Source of the DNA: Syntrophorhabdaceae bacterium
GTDB taxonomy: Bacteria > Desulfobacterota > Syntrophorhabdia > Syntrophorhabdales > Syntrophorhabdaceae
DNA length: 64,000 bases
Direction: 5' to 3'
Assembly: GCA_963666485.2 (NCBI GenBank)
Contig: CAXXUO010000003.1
Span: 64,001 to 128,000 of the forward strand
Shown here: piece after piece, positions 37,646-47,705 of the stretch
Numbering within the stretch: the first letter of the stretch is position 1
Layout of the letters: each line of letters opens with the position of its first letter
Position numbers and translations under genes: made by a program
The notes under the pieces: model-generated
The model's input: the letters and a program-made list of their open reading frames with translations, nothing else
The model's database searches: none
Told to the model about the DNA's origin: nothing

Positions 37646-39802
37646 TTGAGACACCCGAAGAAGTCTCATGTAATTATTTGTTCAGTCATCATATTTTTCG
37701 CAGCATGTGCCGCGTTCGCGGGGGGCGTTATCGTTGTTTCACGGTCGGTGAAAGGGATAACGGTCCCGCCGTTTCGTGATGTCAGGGGGTCGTATAAAGC
37801 CTCCGACGTCGTGTTGTTCGACAGGAATAAAGAGATAATACACACACTGAGAACGGACAACTCGGGCAGGAGGCTTGACTGGGCCGGCCTTACCGATGTC
37901 TCAGCCTCCTTTCTCAAGACCGTCATCCTGGGCGAGGACCGGCGGTTCTACAGCCATCACGGCATCGATCCGGGGGCTTTTATCGCAGCGCTCTACCGCA
38001 ACGCCTTTCCGGGAAGACCCCGCGGGGCGAGCACCATCTCGATGCAGGTCGCATCGATCCTCGACACGAACTTAAAACCGGCCAAAGGCCGCCGGAACGT
38101 CAGTCAAAAGTGGCGCCAGGTGCTGGCCGCGATCGCCCTTGAAAAGGCCTGGACAAAAGCGGAGATACTCGAGGCATATATCAATCTGGTGTATTACCGG
38201 GGTGAACTCCAGGGCGTCAGGGCCGCGTCGAGGGGCTTATTTGGCAAGGAACCATCGGGGATAACGCAGTCGGAATCGCTGATCCTTGCCTCCCTCATTG
38301 CGTCGCCAAATGCCCCGTACGAAAAGGTGGCAGAAAGGTCACTGAGGCTCAGTCGGGTCGTGGGCATCGATAGCGACCGGGAAGATATTTATCGTAAAAG
38401 CCGGGAAACCCTGGCATCCGCCTATCGCATAGGGACCGATGTCTCGCTCGCGCCGCACGTCGCCAGGATGCTCCTTACGCCGGGACGCGACAAGGTCATT
38501 TCGACGATTGACGGCAGGGTCCAGAGGTTTGCCCTCGAAAGCCTGAAAAGCAACCTCGCTGCGTTGAAGGAAAGGCATGTATCGGATGGGGCCGTCCTCG
38601 TGGTTGACAATGCGACGGGTGAGGTCCTGGCATACGTGGGAAATGGCGCCGGTACATCGAGCGCGGTGTGGATCGACGGGGTGAAAGCCCGGCGGCAGGC
38701 CGGTTCGACGCTGAAACCATTCCTGTACGAGCTCGCCATCGAAAAAAAATACCTGACCGCCGCATCACTGCTTGAGGATACCCCGGTTGCCATCGCCACG
38801 CCAACGGGCCTTTACGTACCGCAAAATTATGACAATCAGTTCCGGGGCACCGTCAGCGCACGTACCGCGCTCGCTTCTTCCCTGAACGTGCCTGCGGTCA
38901 AGGCCCTCCTTGTTGCCGGCCTTTCGCCGTTTGTCGAAAGGTTAAGAAGCATCGGGTTCCACAGTATTAGCGAGGAGCCAGAATTTTACGGGTATTCTCT
39001 CGCGCTCGGCTCCGCGGATGTCGAGCTCTACGAACTTGTGAATGCCTACCGGTGCCTGGCACGGGGAGGCCTGAGCTCGGCGCTCAGACTGACCTTCGAG
39101 GGCAAGCCTCGCACGGGGGAGCGCATCATGGATGACAAGGCATCGTTCATCGTCGCGCAGATACTCTCGGACAGGGAATCACGGGCAATGACGTTCGGCC
39201 TCGAGAACCCCCTGTCGACGCGTTTCTGGACGGCTGTAAAAACCGGTACGAGCAAGGATATGCGCGACAACTGGTGTATTGGTTTTTCGGCGCGGTACAC
39301 CGTCGGTGTCTGGGTCGGTAACTTTTCCGGGGAACCGATGCGGGATGTGAGCGGGATAAGCGGGGCAGCCCCGATATGGCTCGAGATAATGAATTTCCTT
39401 CACGCTTCGAAGCCATCCCGTGCACCAAAGGCCCCTTCCGGGGTCGTCAGGGCGCGCATAGATTTTGAGAAGAATGTAGAGATGCCCCGTGAAGAGCTGT
39501 TTCTTGCCGGGACAGAGCCGTCCTCCAGGGTGAAGGCAGATACGGCCTATGGCCGGGCACGCATTGTCTATCCGCAGGAAGGTACCCTTATAACGATCGA
39601 CCCCGATATTCCCGCGTCACTTCAGCGCGTCGGTATGCGCTTCGAGCCGGGCGGCAGGAGGTTCAGGTGGATGATCAACGGCAGCGACGCAGGAGCTGAT
39701 GCCCCCGTTTTCCTTTGGGAGCCGAAGCCCGGTTCATACACCGCGACCATTGTCGACCAGAACGGAAAAGTGATGGATTCGGTTGGTTTCGTGGTCCGGT
39801 AA
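37646..39802 (+). CDS. pbpC: Penicillin-binding protein 1C
   Basis: EDRRFYSHHGID, GASTISMQ, GSTLKPF, SLN, KTGTS. Confidence 0.95.
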   Translation: MRHPKKSHVIICSVIIFFAACAAFAGGVIVVSRSVKGITVPPFRDVRGSYKASDVVLFDRNKEIIHTLRTDNSGRRLDWAGLTDVSASFLKTVILGEDRRFYSHHGIDPGAFIAALYRNAFPGRPRGASTISMQVASILDTNLKPAKGRRNVSQKWRQVLAAIALEKAWTKAEILEAYINLVYYRGELQGVRAASRGLFGKEPSGITQSESLILASLIASPNAPYEKVAERSLRLSRVVGIDSDREDIYRKSRETLASAYRIGTDVSLAPHVARMLLTPGRDKVISTIDGRVQRFALESLKSNLAALKERHVSDGAVLVVDNATGEVLAYVGNGAGTSSAVWIDGVKARRQAGSTLKPFLYELAIEKKYLTAASLLEDTPVAIATPTGLYVPQNYDNQFRGTVSARTALASSLNVPAVKALLVAGLSPFVERLRSIGFHSISEEPEFYGYSLALGSADVELYELVNAYRCLARGGLSSALRLTFEGKPRTGERIMDDKASFIVAQILSDRESRAMTFGLENPLSTRFWTAVKTGTSKDMRDNWCIGFSARYTVGVWVGNFSGEPMRDVSGISGAAPIWLEIMNFLHASKPSRAPKAPSGVVRARIDFEKNVEMPREELFLAGTEPSSRVKADTAYGRARIVYPQEGTLITIDPDIPASLQRVGMRFEPGGRRFRWMINGSDAGADAPVFLWEPKPGSYTATIVDQNGKVMDSVGFVVR

Positions 39803-39857
39803 AAAAGCAGCCTGACCTGTTTCCCCTTTTATTTCAGGATGTCCCGATAAATTTCGC

Positions 39858-39886
39858 TTGACACGTTTTTTGTATGGGAATAAGAT
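39858..39886 (+). promoter_or_regulatory. Sigma70 promoter of the cold-shock gene
   Basis: TTGACA-17-TAAGAT. Confidence 0.7.
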
Positions 39887-39935
39887 TGCTGTAAAGGTAA
39901 CTCATTTTATCAAAAAAATAAGGGGGTTACGCAGT

Positions 39936-40139
39936 ATGCCGCAGGGAAAAGTCAAATGGTTCAACGATTCAAAGGGGTATGGTTTTATCGAGCAGGAAGG
40001 TGGCGAAGACGTTTTTGTTCATTTCTCGGCTGTACAGCAGGATGGGTTCAAATCATTGAAAACGGGGGAAAAAGTCGAATTTGAGATAGTAAAGGGACCG
40101 AAGGGCCCCCAGGCAGCCAATGTAGTAAAAGCGGAATAG
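39936..40139 (+). CDS. Cold-shock protein (CspA family)
   Basis: [22 protein letters not shown]; start at ATG 39936. Confidence 0.96.
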   Translation: MPQGKVKWFNDSKGYGFIEQEGGEDVFVHFSAVQQDGFKSLKTGEKVEFEIVKGPKGPQAANVVKAE

Positions 40140-40474
40140 AAGACCGTAAAACGCAAGACGCAAGAAGTAAGATGTTAGATGTCTGTCGTCATTCCCGACC
40201 CTAAATCAGGTCCGCCTCAGTTCGTAAATCCCGCGAAGAGACAATGTCGCAATTACCCCAATCCGAGTAAGGGGACGTCCTTAACGAGTAAGGGGACGTC
40301 CTTAAGAAAGTAAGTAACCTTATCCCTCGATCAATTTAAACTTCTTGCCCAGCTACCGGATAATCAATTCTGTGATAATTGCCCTACGACCGACTCTAAT
40401 ATTTTGACTTTTCTTACTTTCTTAAGGACGTCCCCTCGATCCTTTACTTCTTGCGTCTTGCGTTTTACGGTCTT
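40140..40474. repeat. Heptamer-armed cassette (31-bp perfect IR) with nested GGGGACGTCC inverted/tandem repeats
   Basis: 40140-40170/40444-40474; 21-mer x2 at 40264-40305; 24-bp IR 40291-40314/40413-40436; REP remnant at 40187. Confidence 0.93.
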
Positions 40475-41213
40475 TGCTCTTCGCTTCATCCCACAACTTG
40501 TCCATTTCCTCAAGAGTGGCTGAGCGAATGTCTGTATTTTCCTCGATATAACTGAAGCGCTTAATGAACTTGTTCGTGGTTGCCCTGAGCGCATCTTCGG
40601 GGTCCACGGAGAAAAAGCGCGCAATATTGACAATTGTAAAGAGCAGGTCACCTATTTCCTCGCGAACATGTTCCTGATTGCCTGAGGCTTCGGCACCGCG
40701 TAATTCGGCGATCTCCTCCTCCATCTTTTCGTAGACATCATCGATTTTTTGCCAGTCGAAACCGACCTTCGCGGCCCTCTTCGTTATCACGTATGCTCTC
40801 AAGAGTGCCGGCATGGTCGGGGGAATATGAGAGAGAAGGGTGTATTTTTCGTCCTTCTCCTTTTGTTTCAGTTCCTCCCATTTTTCCTCGATCGGCCCGC
40901 CGAGGTCTTTGTTCTCAAAAACATGGGGATGCCGGTGGTACATTTTGCGGTAGACGTTCTCTATGATGTCTTTGATGTCGAAGGCGTTCCGTTCCTGGCA
41001 TATCTGCGCAATGAACACGATATGGAAGAGAAGGTCCCCCAGTTCCTCCTTGAGTTCCGGCAGGTCTTCTTTTTCAATAGCCTCTATTATCTCGTACACC
41101 TCTTCAAGCATGAACGTCTTGAAAGCCGCTATCTTTTGCTTGCGGTCCCACGGGCACCCCTTGTCACTGCGCAGGGTTTCCATGAGTTTGACGAGCTTAT
41201 CGAAGGCTTCCAT
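40422..41213 (-). CDS. mazG: Nucleoside triphosphate pyrophosphohydrolase MazG
   Basis: GCPWD, EELGDLL, RHPHVF, GFDW; C-terminal ~17 aa are repeat-derived. Confidence 0.95.
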   Translation of the reverse strand: MEAFDKLVKLMETLRSDKGCPWDRKQKIAAFKTFMLEEVYEIIEAIEKEDLPELKEELGDLLFHIVFIAQICQERNAFDIKDIIENVYRKMYHRHPHVFENKDLGGPIEEKWEELKQKEKDEKYTLLSHIPPTMPALLRAYVITKRAAKVGFDWQKIDDVYEKMEEEIAELRGAEASGNQEHVREEIGDLLFTIVNIARFFSVDPEDALRATTNKFIKRFSYIEENTDIRSATLEEMDKLWDEAKSKDRKTQDARSKGSRGRP

Positions 41214-42473
41214 TTACCTGCCCCCGCTTGAACGGGCGGCATCGATCCTGTTCATTATGATGTCTGCGGTCTCTTCCATGACGTGTGTTTGTTGAGAAAC
41301 TATTTCCCTGCCGGCGGTCTGGGTGGAGCTATAAAAGCCTTTATCCCCGAGCAGGCTGACTATGACGTTGTGTATTTCACGGCCCGACCGTACGAGGAAA
41401 CCGGCTTTCTTGTCGAGGATTGCCTCAGCGATATCACGGAAGGTGTCCGTAAAAGGGCCGAACAGGACGGGCGTGCCGACAAAGAGGGGTTCGAGCATAT
41501 TCTGGCCGCCGTACGGTGCGAGCGACCCGCCAACGAAGGCCACGGAACTGTGGCCATAAATCCCCTGGAGGTCGCCGACAGTATCCACGATAACGATCTC
41601 AGCACCGCTGCCGGTGCCACCCTTTATCCGGGAGTACCGGGCGGTGCTGTATTTTTTTGACAGGTCTGTCTCAATGTCTTCCGCGAGGTGAAGCTCGCGG
41701 GGAGCTATGTAATACCTGGATGACGGAAAAGTCTTTTTTAAGAGATCTATGGCGGAATAAACCTCTTCAAGCTCCTTTTCCTTAACGCTTCCGAACGTGA
41801 TGATCGTTTCGTTGTCCGCCTTATCGTGAAGGCCTTCGACGGCAGGCCGGTAATACTTGACGTTTCCGGTAACAAAGATGTTACGGGGGGCCATACCGAT
41901 CGATATGAACCTGTCCCGGTGCTCTTTCGACTGGGCTATCACACTGTCCATCGAGGCAAATACCGACCTCATAAAAAGAGATAACCTCTGATATGTCTTC
42001 AGGGTCCTGTCGGATATTCGCCCGTTTACCATGATAAAAGGGATACTTCTCTTTCGGGCCTCCCACACGAGGTTGGGCCAGATCTCGGTCTCCACGACAA
42101 TGATCGAGGAAGGCTTACAACGATCGAGGAACCGGCAAACCGAGAAATGAAGGTCGAAAGGAAGGGTCTCGCACATGAGCTCATAACCCTGTGCCGTTTT
42201 TTTCTTCAACATTTCCTCGGCATAGTATGTATTGGTGGTAATAAGGAAACGGGACAGACCTCCGGCCGATGACAGGTAGTCCGCGAGATTGCGGGCGATC
42301 ACAGCCTCGCCGATCGACGCACCATGGATCATGACGGACCCGGCGGGGATATTGTCGCCCCGGGGCATAAGTCTGCGCCGGAAGTTGGGCTTCATCTTGG
42401 CATTCGTGAGTCCGACGAGAACGAGAAAGGGCAGGGCGCACAGGGTAAAGATGTTGTAGATCAATTTCCACAT
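41214..42473 (-). CDS. waaA: Kdo transferase
   Basis: HGASIGE, ETEIWPN, NGRIS, VGGS...GGQNMLEP. Confidence 0.93.
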   Translation of the reverse strand: MWKLIYNIFTLCALPFLVLVGLTNAKMKPNFRRRLMPRGDNIPAGSVMIHGASIGEAVIARNLADYLSSAGGLSRFLITTNTYYAEEMLKKKTAQGYELMCETLPFDLHFSVCRFLDRCKPSSIIVVETEIWPNLVWEARKRSIPFIMVNGRISDRTLKTYQRLSLFMRSVFASMDSVIAQSKEHRDRFISIGMAPRNIFVTGNVKYYRPAVEGLHDKADNETIITFGSVKEKELEEVYSAIDLLKKTFPSSRYYIAPRELHLAEDIETDLSKKYSTARYSRIKGGTGSGAEIVIVDTVGDLQGIYGHSSVAFVGGSLAPYGGQNMLEPLFVGTPVLFGPFTDTFRDIAEAILDKKAGFLVRSGREIHNVIVSLLGDKGFYSSTQTAGREIVSQQTHVMEETADIIMNRIDAARSSGGR

Positions 42474-43122
42474 GCGATCTTTTCCGCCTTCTCGGTTAAA
42501 TTGATCAGGGTTTTCTCGAGTTCGATCCGTTTATTCTCTATTTCATCGGAGGGTAATCCCGGGCTGATCTCTATAGGGTCGCCCCAGACAAAGACAACCC
42601 GCGAAAAGGGATAGGGGAATATAAAACGGTCCCAGGATTGAAAAGTTTTTTTTTAGATGCCCCGTAGCTTACGGGGAGGAGGCGTTTGCGGGAGAGTCGC
42701 GCAAGTTCCACGATGCCTTTTTTCACCTCGAACCGGGGTCCTTTCGGACCGTCCGGGGTTATTGCGACATCTATGTTGTCACGAAGATCGTGGAGGATCT
42801 CCCTCAGTGATGAGACGCTGCCTTTTCTGTATGAGCCTCTCACGGTGCCGATCCCGAAGAACCCAACCACCCGGGCGATAAGTTCCCCGTCACGATGGCG
42901 GCTTATGAGGACTTTGCCGCCTCCGCCCTTTTTCGCGAAAGGCATCATGAGGAGCCTGCTGTGCCAAAAACAGACGATGTAGTTGAACCGGTTACCCCAT
43001 CTGTCGTCAGGAGGCCGGTTGATATGCGTAATGCGCAGGGTCAGCCTGAGCACTGACAAGAAACTGAAAACGAGGGGAGGAACTATAGAGACCAGCAAAA
43101 AAGATTTTATCTTTTTCTTCAT
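42461..43122 (-). CDS. DUF374 / lysophospholipid acyltransferase-family protein, split by a -1 frameshift at A9
   Basis: FWHSRL, SRHRDGE, TPDGPKGP in frame 0; SWDRFIFPYPFSRVVFVWGDP... continues in the -1 frame to TGA 42461. Confidence 0.82.
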
Positions 43123-44876
43123 ACGCGCTTTTTCCCCAGGGGAATGACCTTCTTGCGGGCACCCTCCTTGAACTGGAGCTCGTAAAGTCTTTTGTACGGC
43201 CCGTCCTGATCGATCAGTTCCGAGTGGTTGCCTTCCTGTACAATACCGCCTTTGTCGATGACAATTATACGGTGCGCGTTAATGATCGTCGAAAGCCTGT
43301 GAGCAATGATGATCGTGGTCCTGCCTTTCATCAGGTTCTCAAGGGCTTTCTGTACCTCGATCTCGGATTGGGCATCAAGGGAACTTGTCGCCTCATCGAG
43401 GATCAAGATCGGTGCGTTCTTGTATAGTGCGCGGGCAATCGCAATACGCTGTTTCTGCCCCCCCGAGAGGCGCGTCCCTTTTTCTCCGACGATCGTATCG
43501 TAACCCTTCGGCATCTTCATGATAAAATCGTGGGCAAACGCCATGCGGGCCGCTTCGAGCAACCTGTCCTCAACGGGCTCGACGCCGTACGCTATGTTGC
43601 TGCGGATCGTGTCATTGAAAAGGATAACATCCTGGGTCACGAGCGCAACGCTTGTTCGCAAGGAGTCGAGGGTGACGTCGCGGATATCGATGCCGTCCAC
43701 CGTTATCCGGCCTTTCGTGGCGTCATAGAAACGGGGGATAAGGTTTACCAGTGTGGTCTTGCCGGCACCGCTTTTCCCGACAACGGCAATGACATCATTC
43801 TTTCCGATGCTGAGATTGACATTGTTGAGGACCATTTTGTCGTCGTATCTGAAAGAGACATCCTCGAACGTTATTCTTCCCTCTACCGCGCCCAGTTCGC
43901 CGGCCTCGGATTTTTCCTGGACCTCAGGCTGCCGGTCGATCACCTCGAAAACCCTCTGAGCTGCCGCAAGGCCCTGCTGGACATTGTGGTTTTCCTTGTT
44001 GAGTTTTTTGATTGGCTCATAAAGCATGATGAGGGCAGCCATGAACGAAAACAGCGTGCCGGGCGTCGATTTACCGATCATGACCTGGTAGCCGCCATAC
44101 CAGATAATGACCGCAATGGCTATACCGCCGATGAGCTCCATGACCGGGTGTGAGAGTGCCCGGACCCTTATGCGCTTCATCATGATTCTGAAAAGGCCTT
44201 CATTTACCCCGGCAAACCTGTTATTTTCATATTTTTCCATCGAGAACGCCTTGACTATCCTCTGTCCGGTTATCGTCTCATGGAGGAAACTGGTCAGGCG
44301 GGCAAGGTACTGCTGGATGTTCAGGCCTATCTTTCTCAGCCTCTTTCCGAAGCTTACGATGGGGTATATAGAAAACGGAAGGATTATAAACGCGATAAGC
44401 GTCAATTTCCATTCCATCCTGAAGGCGACGATGATAAGGCCGATTATCGTGAATATGTCATTCAGGACCGCAGCCACGGAATCTGAGACGGTACTCTGCA
44501 CCAGCGCTACGTCGTTGATAACGCGGCTGATGTTCGAGCCCGTCGGGGTTTTATCAAAGTATGAAAGCGGCTGTTTCTGCATGTTAAAAAAAACGAGGTT
44601 CCGGATATCGGTCACGACCCTTTGCCCGACGTACCCGATGAAATAAGCCTGGAGGTATTCGAAAATACCCTTGGTGAGAAAGAGAAGGATAACGATCGCC
44701 GGCATGATATAGAGCTTCGTCATATCTTTTTCGAAAAAGATGCTGTCAAGGACGGGCTTCACAAGATAGGCGCTTAAGCTTTTCGACCCTGAACACAGGG
44801 CCATAAAGATCATTGCAAGGACCAGTTTGGCTTTATAGGGGTATGAAAATCTAAGAAGTCTGAGATAAAGGTTCAT
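43119..44876 (-). CDS. msbA: Lipid A export ABC transporter MsbA
   Basis: TMD plus GKSGAGKT, LSGGQKQR, ILDEATS; lipid A operon. Confidence 0.92.
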   Translation of the reverse strand: MNLYLRLLRFSYPYKAKLVLAMIFMALCSGSKSLSAYLVKPVLDSIFFEKDMTKLYIMPAIVILLFLTKGIFEYLQAYFIGYVGQRVVTDIRNLVFFNMQKQPLSYFDKTPTGSNISRVINDVALVQSTVSDSVAAVLNDIFTIIGLIIVAFRMEWKLTLIAFIILPFSIYPIVSFGKRLRKIGLNIQQYLARLTSFLHETITGQRIVKAFSMEKYENNRFAGVNEGLFRIMMKRIRVRALSHPVMELIGGIAIAVIIWYGGYQVMIGKSTPGTLFSFMAALIMLYEPIKKLNKENHNVQQGLAAAQRVFEVIDRQPEVQEKSEAGELGAVEGRITFEDVSFRYDDKMVLNNVNLSIGKNDVIAVVGKSGAGKTTLVNLIPRFYDATKGRITVDGIDIRDVTLDSLRTSVALVTQDVILFNDTIRSNIAYGVEPVEDRLLEAARMAFAHDFIMKMPKGYDTIVGEKGTRLSGGQKQRIAIARALYKNAPILILDEATSSLDAQSEIEVQKALENLMKGRTTIIIAHRLSTIINAHRIIVIDKGGIVQEGNHSELIDQDGPYKRLYELQFKEGARKKVIPLGKKRV

Positions 44877-46014
44877 TACCCTGTTCTTTCTCAAGAAATG
44901 AGATCACGCATCCCGCGGCCAGCCCGTAGGAATCAGGCACCTTCAGCATGTCAATAATAGGACCAAGTTTCCCGGCAATGTCGTGTCTTCCTTTATCTAT
45001 CATAGAAAGCGCTGTATTTGCAACGGATTCGGCGTTCAGACGCTGAATGAACTCCGGGAAAACCTCCTCTCCGGCGATGATGTTGGGCAGGCCTATATGG
45101 TCCACGCTGACTATCACGCGGGCAATGAGATACGATAACCAGGATATCCGGTAGATGATGATCGTCGGCGCTTTCAACAGGGCCGCTTCCAGCGTGGCAC
45201 TGCCCGAAGCTATGATAGCGGCGTCACAGTATGCCAGTGCATTGTATGCTCCTCCCCTGATCGGCACTATCCCGGGATTTTCATGGAGAAGCGATGCAAA
45301 TTCCGATTCATGAACACTGTCGGCAACCGGCATGACGATCGTGATGTCCGGCCGCGTGCGCCGTATCCTGGAAGCCACCTCCGAGAGGACGGGAATATGC
45401 CGTCGTATCTCATTTCGCCTGCTTCCGGGCATGATTGTGAGAACGGGGACGCCGGGCGCGGCCTTGATGGTTTCCAGGAATTCTTCTTTTGACAGGGACG
45501 GCATCACAGTATGTGCAAAAGGGTGCCCGATGTACGTTGCTGAAATGCCTTCCCTGTCGTAGAGTTTCTGTTCAAAAGGAAGGATGCAGATCACTTTATT
45601 GACGTATTCTTTGATCTGTTTGAGGCGGCCCTTTTTCCAGGCCCAAACCTGGGGGGGTATGAAGTAGATGACCGGTATGCCGAGCGACCGGGCAAAGCGG
45701 GCGATCCTCATGTTGAACCCCGGAAAATCCACGAGGACAACAACATCCGGCCGATCTGTTCGCAGGTGCTTTTTCACTTCGTCGAATGCGTGCCGTATGT
45801 GGCCCATATGGGACAGGACCTCGCTCAAGCCCGTGACCGAAATGTCCCGGTAATCGTGGACGATACGGACGCCAAGGGCGTCGAGCCGCTCGGAACCCAT
45901 GGCAGATAGGGTGAAATTATTGGATTTTCTAAGAGATTCTGTGAGATGGCAGGCGTGGATTTCGCCGGATAATTCCCCGGTTGATATAAAGATCTTTTTA
46001 GTGATGTGCGGCAC
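44851..46014 (-). CDS. lpxB: Lipid-A-disaccharide synthase
   Basis: GELSG, VDFPGFN, PQVWAW, PGSR, SGSATLE; start likely GTG 46014. Confidence 0.95.
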   Translation of the reverse strand: MPHITKKIFISTGELSGEIHACHLTESLRKSNNFTLSAMGSERLDALGVRIVHDYRDISVTGLSEVLSHMGHIRHAFDEVKKHLRTDRPDVVVLVDFPGFNMRIARFARSLGIPVIYFIPPQVWAWKKGRLKQIKEYVNKVICILPFEQKLYDREGISATYIGHPFAHTVMPSLSKEEFLETIKAAPGVPVLTIMPGSRRNEIRRHIPVLSEVASRIRRTRPDITIVMPVADSVHESEFASLLHENPGIVPIRGGAYNALAYCDAAIIASGSATLEAALLKAPTIIIYRISWLSYLIARVIVSVDHIGLPNIIAGEEVFPEFIQRLNAESVANTALSMIDKGRHDIAGKLGPIIDMLKVPDSYGLAAGCVISFLEKEQGNEPLSQTS

Positions 46015-46933
46015 CCTGTTTTTCGGCAATATAGTTTCGGATACGCATAGCAAGTTCAAGCGCGTTGAGGCCGTCCTTACCGCTGACGCTCGGCGTACCG
46101 GTGCCGCCAGCAGCCGTCACGAACTGGAGGAGTTCATCCTTCACGGGGTCCATCTGGTCGCAGGTGTACTCATCAATGGTAAGTTGAGCATCCCCGCTGT
46201 TTGTCACCGTGACGAGTTTGCCCTGCATCAGGTCGACGAAAAATGTCTGTTTTTCTTCGTAAATTGTTATCGATCTCTCACGGTGGGCGGCTGCGCGGCT
46301 TGCCATGAGACTGGCGACGCATCCGTCGGAGAATTCAACGCGTGCGTTTACCGTGTCGTAGAGCTCTGAGACAAAACAGATCCCCTGTGCAGACACATTT
46401 TTTACCTCTGCATGGACCAGAGACAGCACAAGGTCGAGATCGTGTATCATAAGATCGAGAACGACATCGACATCCGTGGAACGGCCTGTAAAAGGGCTGA
46501 TCCTCCGTGCCTCGATAAGGACCGGTTTTGAAACATGAGGAAGGGCGCGGGTAAGGGCGGGATTCAATCGTTCAAGATGGCCCACCTGGAGCACGAGACC
46601 TTTCTTTCGTGCCAGGTCGACAAGGTCGCGGGCCTCTTCGGGGGACACGGTTATCGGCTTTTCGAGAAATACATGTACGCCGCGTTCAAGGCATTGGCGC
46701 GCAATGCTATAATGGGATTCGGTCGGTGTAGCAATGACGGCACACGAAGCCCCGTTGATAACGTCGGCATGATCGGGAAACACCGGAACGTCGTATTGCG
46801 TGCCGTATTCCCGTGCCCGCGCTTCATCGATATCGCAGATCCCGGTAACGGTGATCCCGTCGAATGTACAGAGTTTGTTCAAATGTATCCGGCCCATGTG
46901 ACCGAGGCCTATCACTGCTACACTTACCGGCAT
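45998..46933 (-). CDS. Gfo/Idh/MocA oxidoreductase (GnnA-like)
   Basis: GLGHMG, EKP, VGHLER, DLMIHD; lies between lpxA and lpxB. Confidence 0.85.
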   Translation of the reverse strand: MPVSVAVIGLGHMGRIHLNKLCTFDGITVTGICDIDEARAREYGTQYDVPVFPDHADVINGASCAVIATPTESHYSIARQCLERGVHVFLEKPITVSPEEARDLVDLARKKGLVLQVGHLERLNPALTRALPHVSKPVLIEARRISPFTGRSTDVDVVLDLMIHDLDLVLSLVHAEVKNVSAQGICFVSELYDTVNARVEFSDGCVASLMASRAAAHRERSITIYEEKQTFFVDLMQGKLVTVTNSGDAQLTIDEYTCDQMDPVKDELLQFVTAAGGTGTPSVSGKDGLNALELAMRIRNYIAEKQGAAHH

Positions 46934-47691
46934 ATTCCCCTCGTCGACGTTTCGATAAAATCTAAAAGATAGCCTATATTGTCGCCGTCGAGTTCATCAC
47001 GGATAATCTTGAGAGAGGTCTTCAGGGGCAGGGCGGACCTGAAGAGTATTCTGTACGCCCTTTTCAGCTTGGTTATCTCTTCCTTCGAAAAATTACGCCT
47101 CTCCAATCCGACGAGGTTAAGGCCATATAGTTTCGCCCTGTCACCCGCTGCTATTACAAAGGGAGGGACATCTTTGGGGATCCCCGTCAGGCCGCTGATG
47201 AATGCATATTTACCGACCCGGCAGAATTGGTGCACGGCACATAAGCCGCTGAAGATGACGAAATCTGCGACCTCGACGTGACCGGCAAGCGTTGCCCCGT
47301 TTGCCATGATAATGTTCGAGCCGACCTGGCAGTCATGGGCAATATGCGCATAGGCCATAATGAAGTTATTATCGCCGACCCTTGTTATCCCGCCCCCTTT
47401 TGTGGTACCGCGGTTGACTGTCACGTATTCCTTGATCGTATTGTTGTTGCCGATAACGACCTGCGTCGGTTCGAATTTGTACCCGATATCCTGGGGTGGT
47501 CCGCCTATCGATGCAAAGGGACTTATGGTGCAATTCTCCCCGATCGTGGTGTTCCCCTGTATCACGACATGGCTTCCGATCCGGCATCCCTTGCTTATGC
47601 GGGCGCCCGCCTCGATGACGCTATAGGGACCTACCTCAACATCTGGCGCTATCTCAGTATTCTTATCGATAATAGCTGTTGAATGTATCAC
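46924..47691 (-). CDS. lpxA: UDP-N-acetylglucosamine acyltransferase
   Basis: Hexapeptide repeats, HIAHDC, GLNLVGL. Confidence 0.96.
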   Translation of the reverse strand: MIHSTAIIDKNTEIAPDVEVGPYSVIEAGARISKGCRIGSHVVIQGNTTIGENCTISPFASIGGPPQDIGYKFEPTQVVIGNNNTIKEYVTVNRGTTKGGGITRVGDNNFIMAYAHIAHDCQVGSNIIMANGATLAGHVEVADFVIFSGLCAVHQFCRVGKYAFISGLTGIPKDVPPFVIAAGDRAKLYGLNLVGLERRNFSKEEITKLKRAYRILFRSALPLKTSLKIIRDELDGDNIGYLLDFIETSTRGICR

Positions 47692-47705
47692 GTTTCTAAG
47701 CTCCT

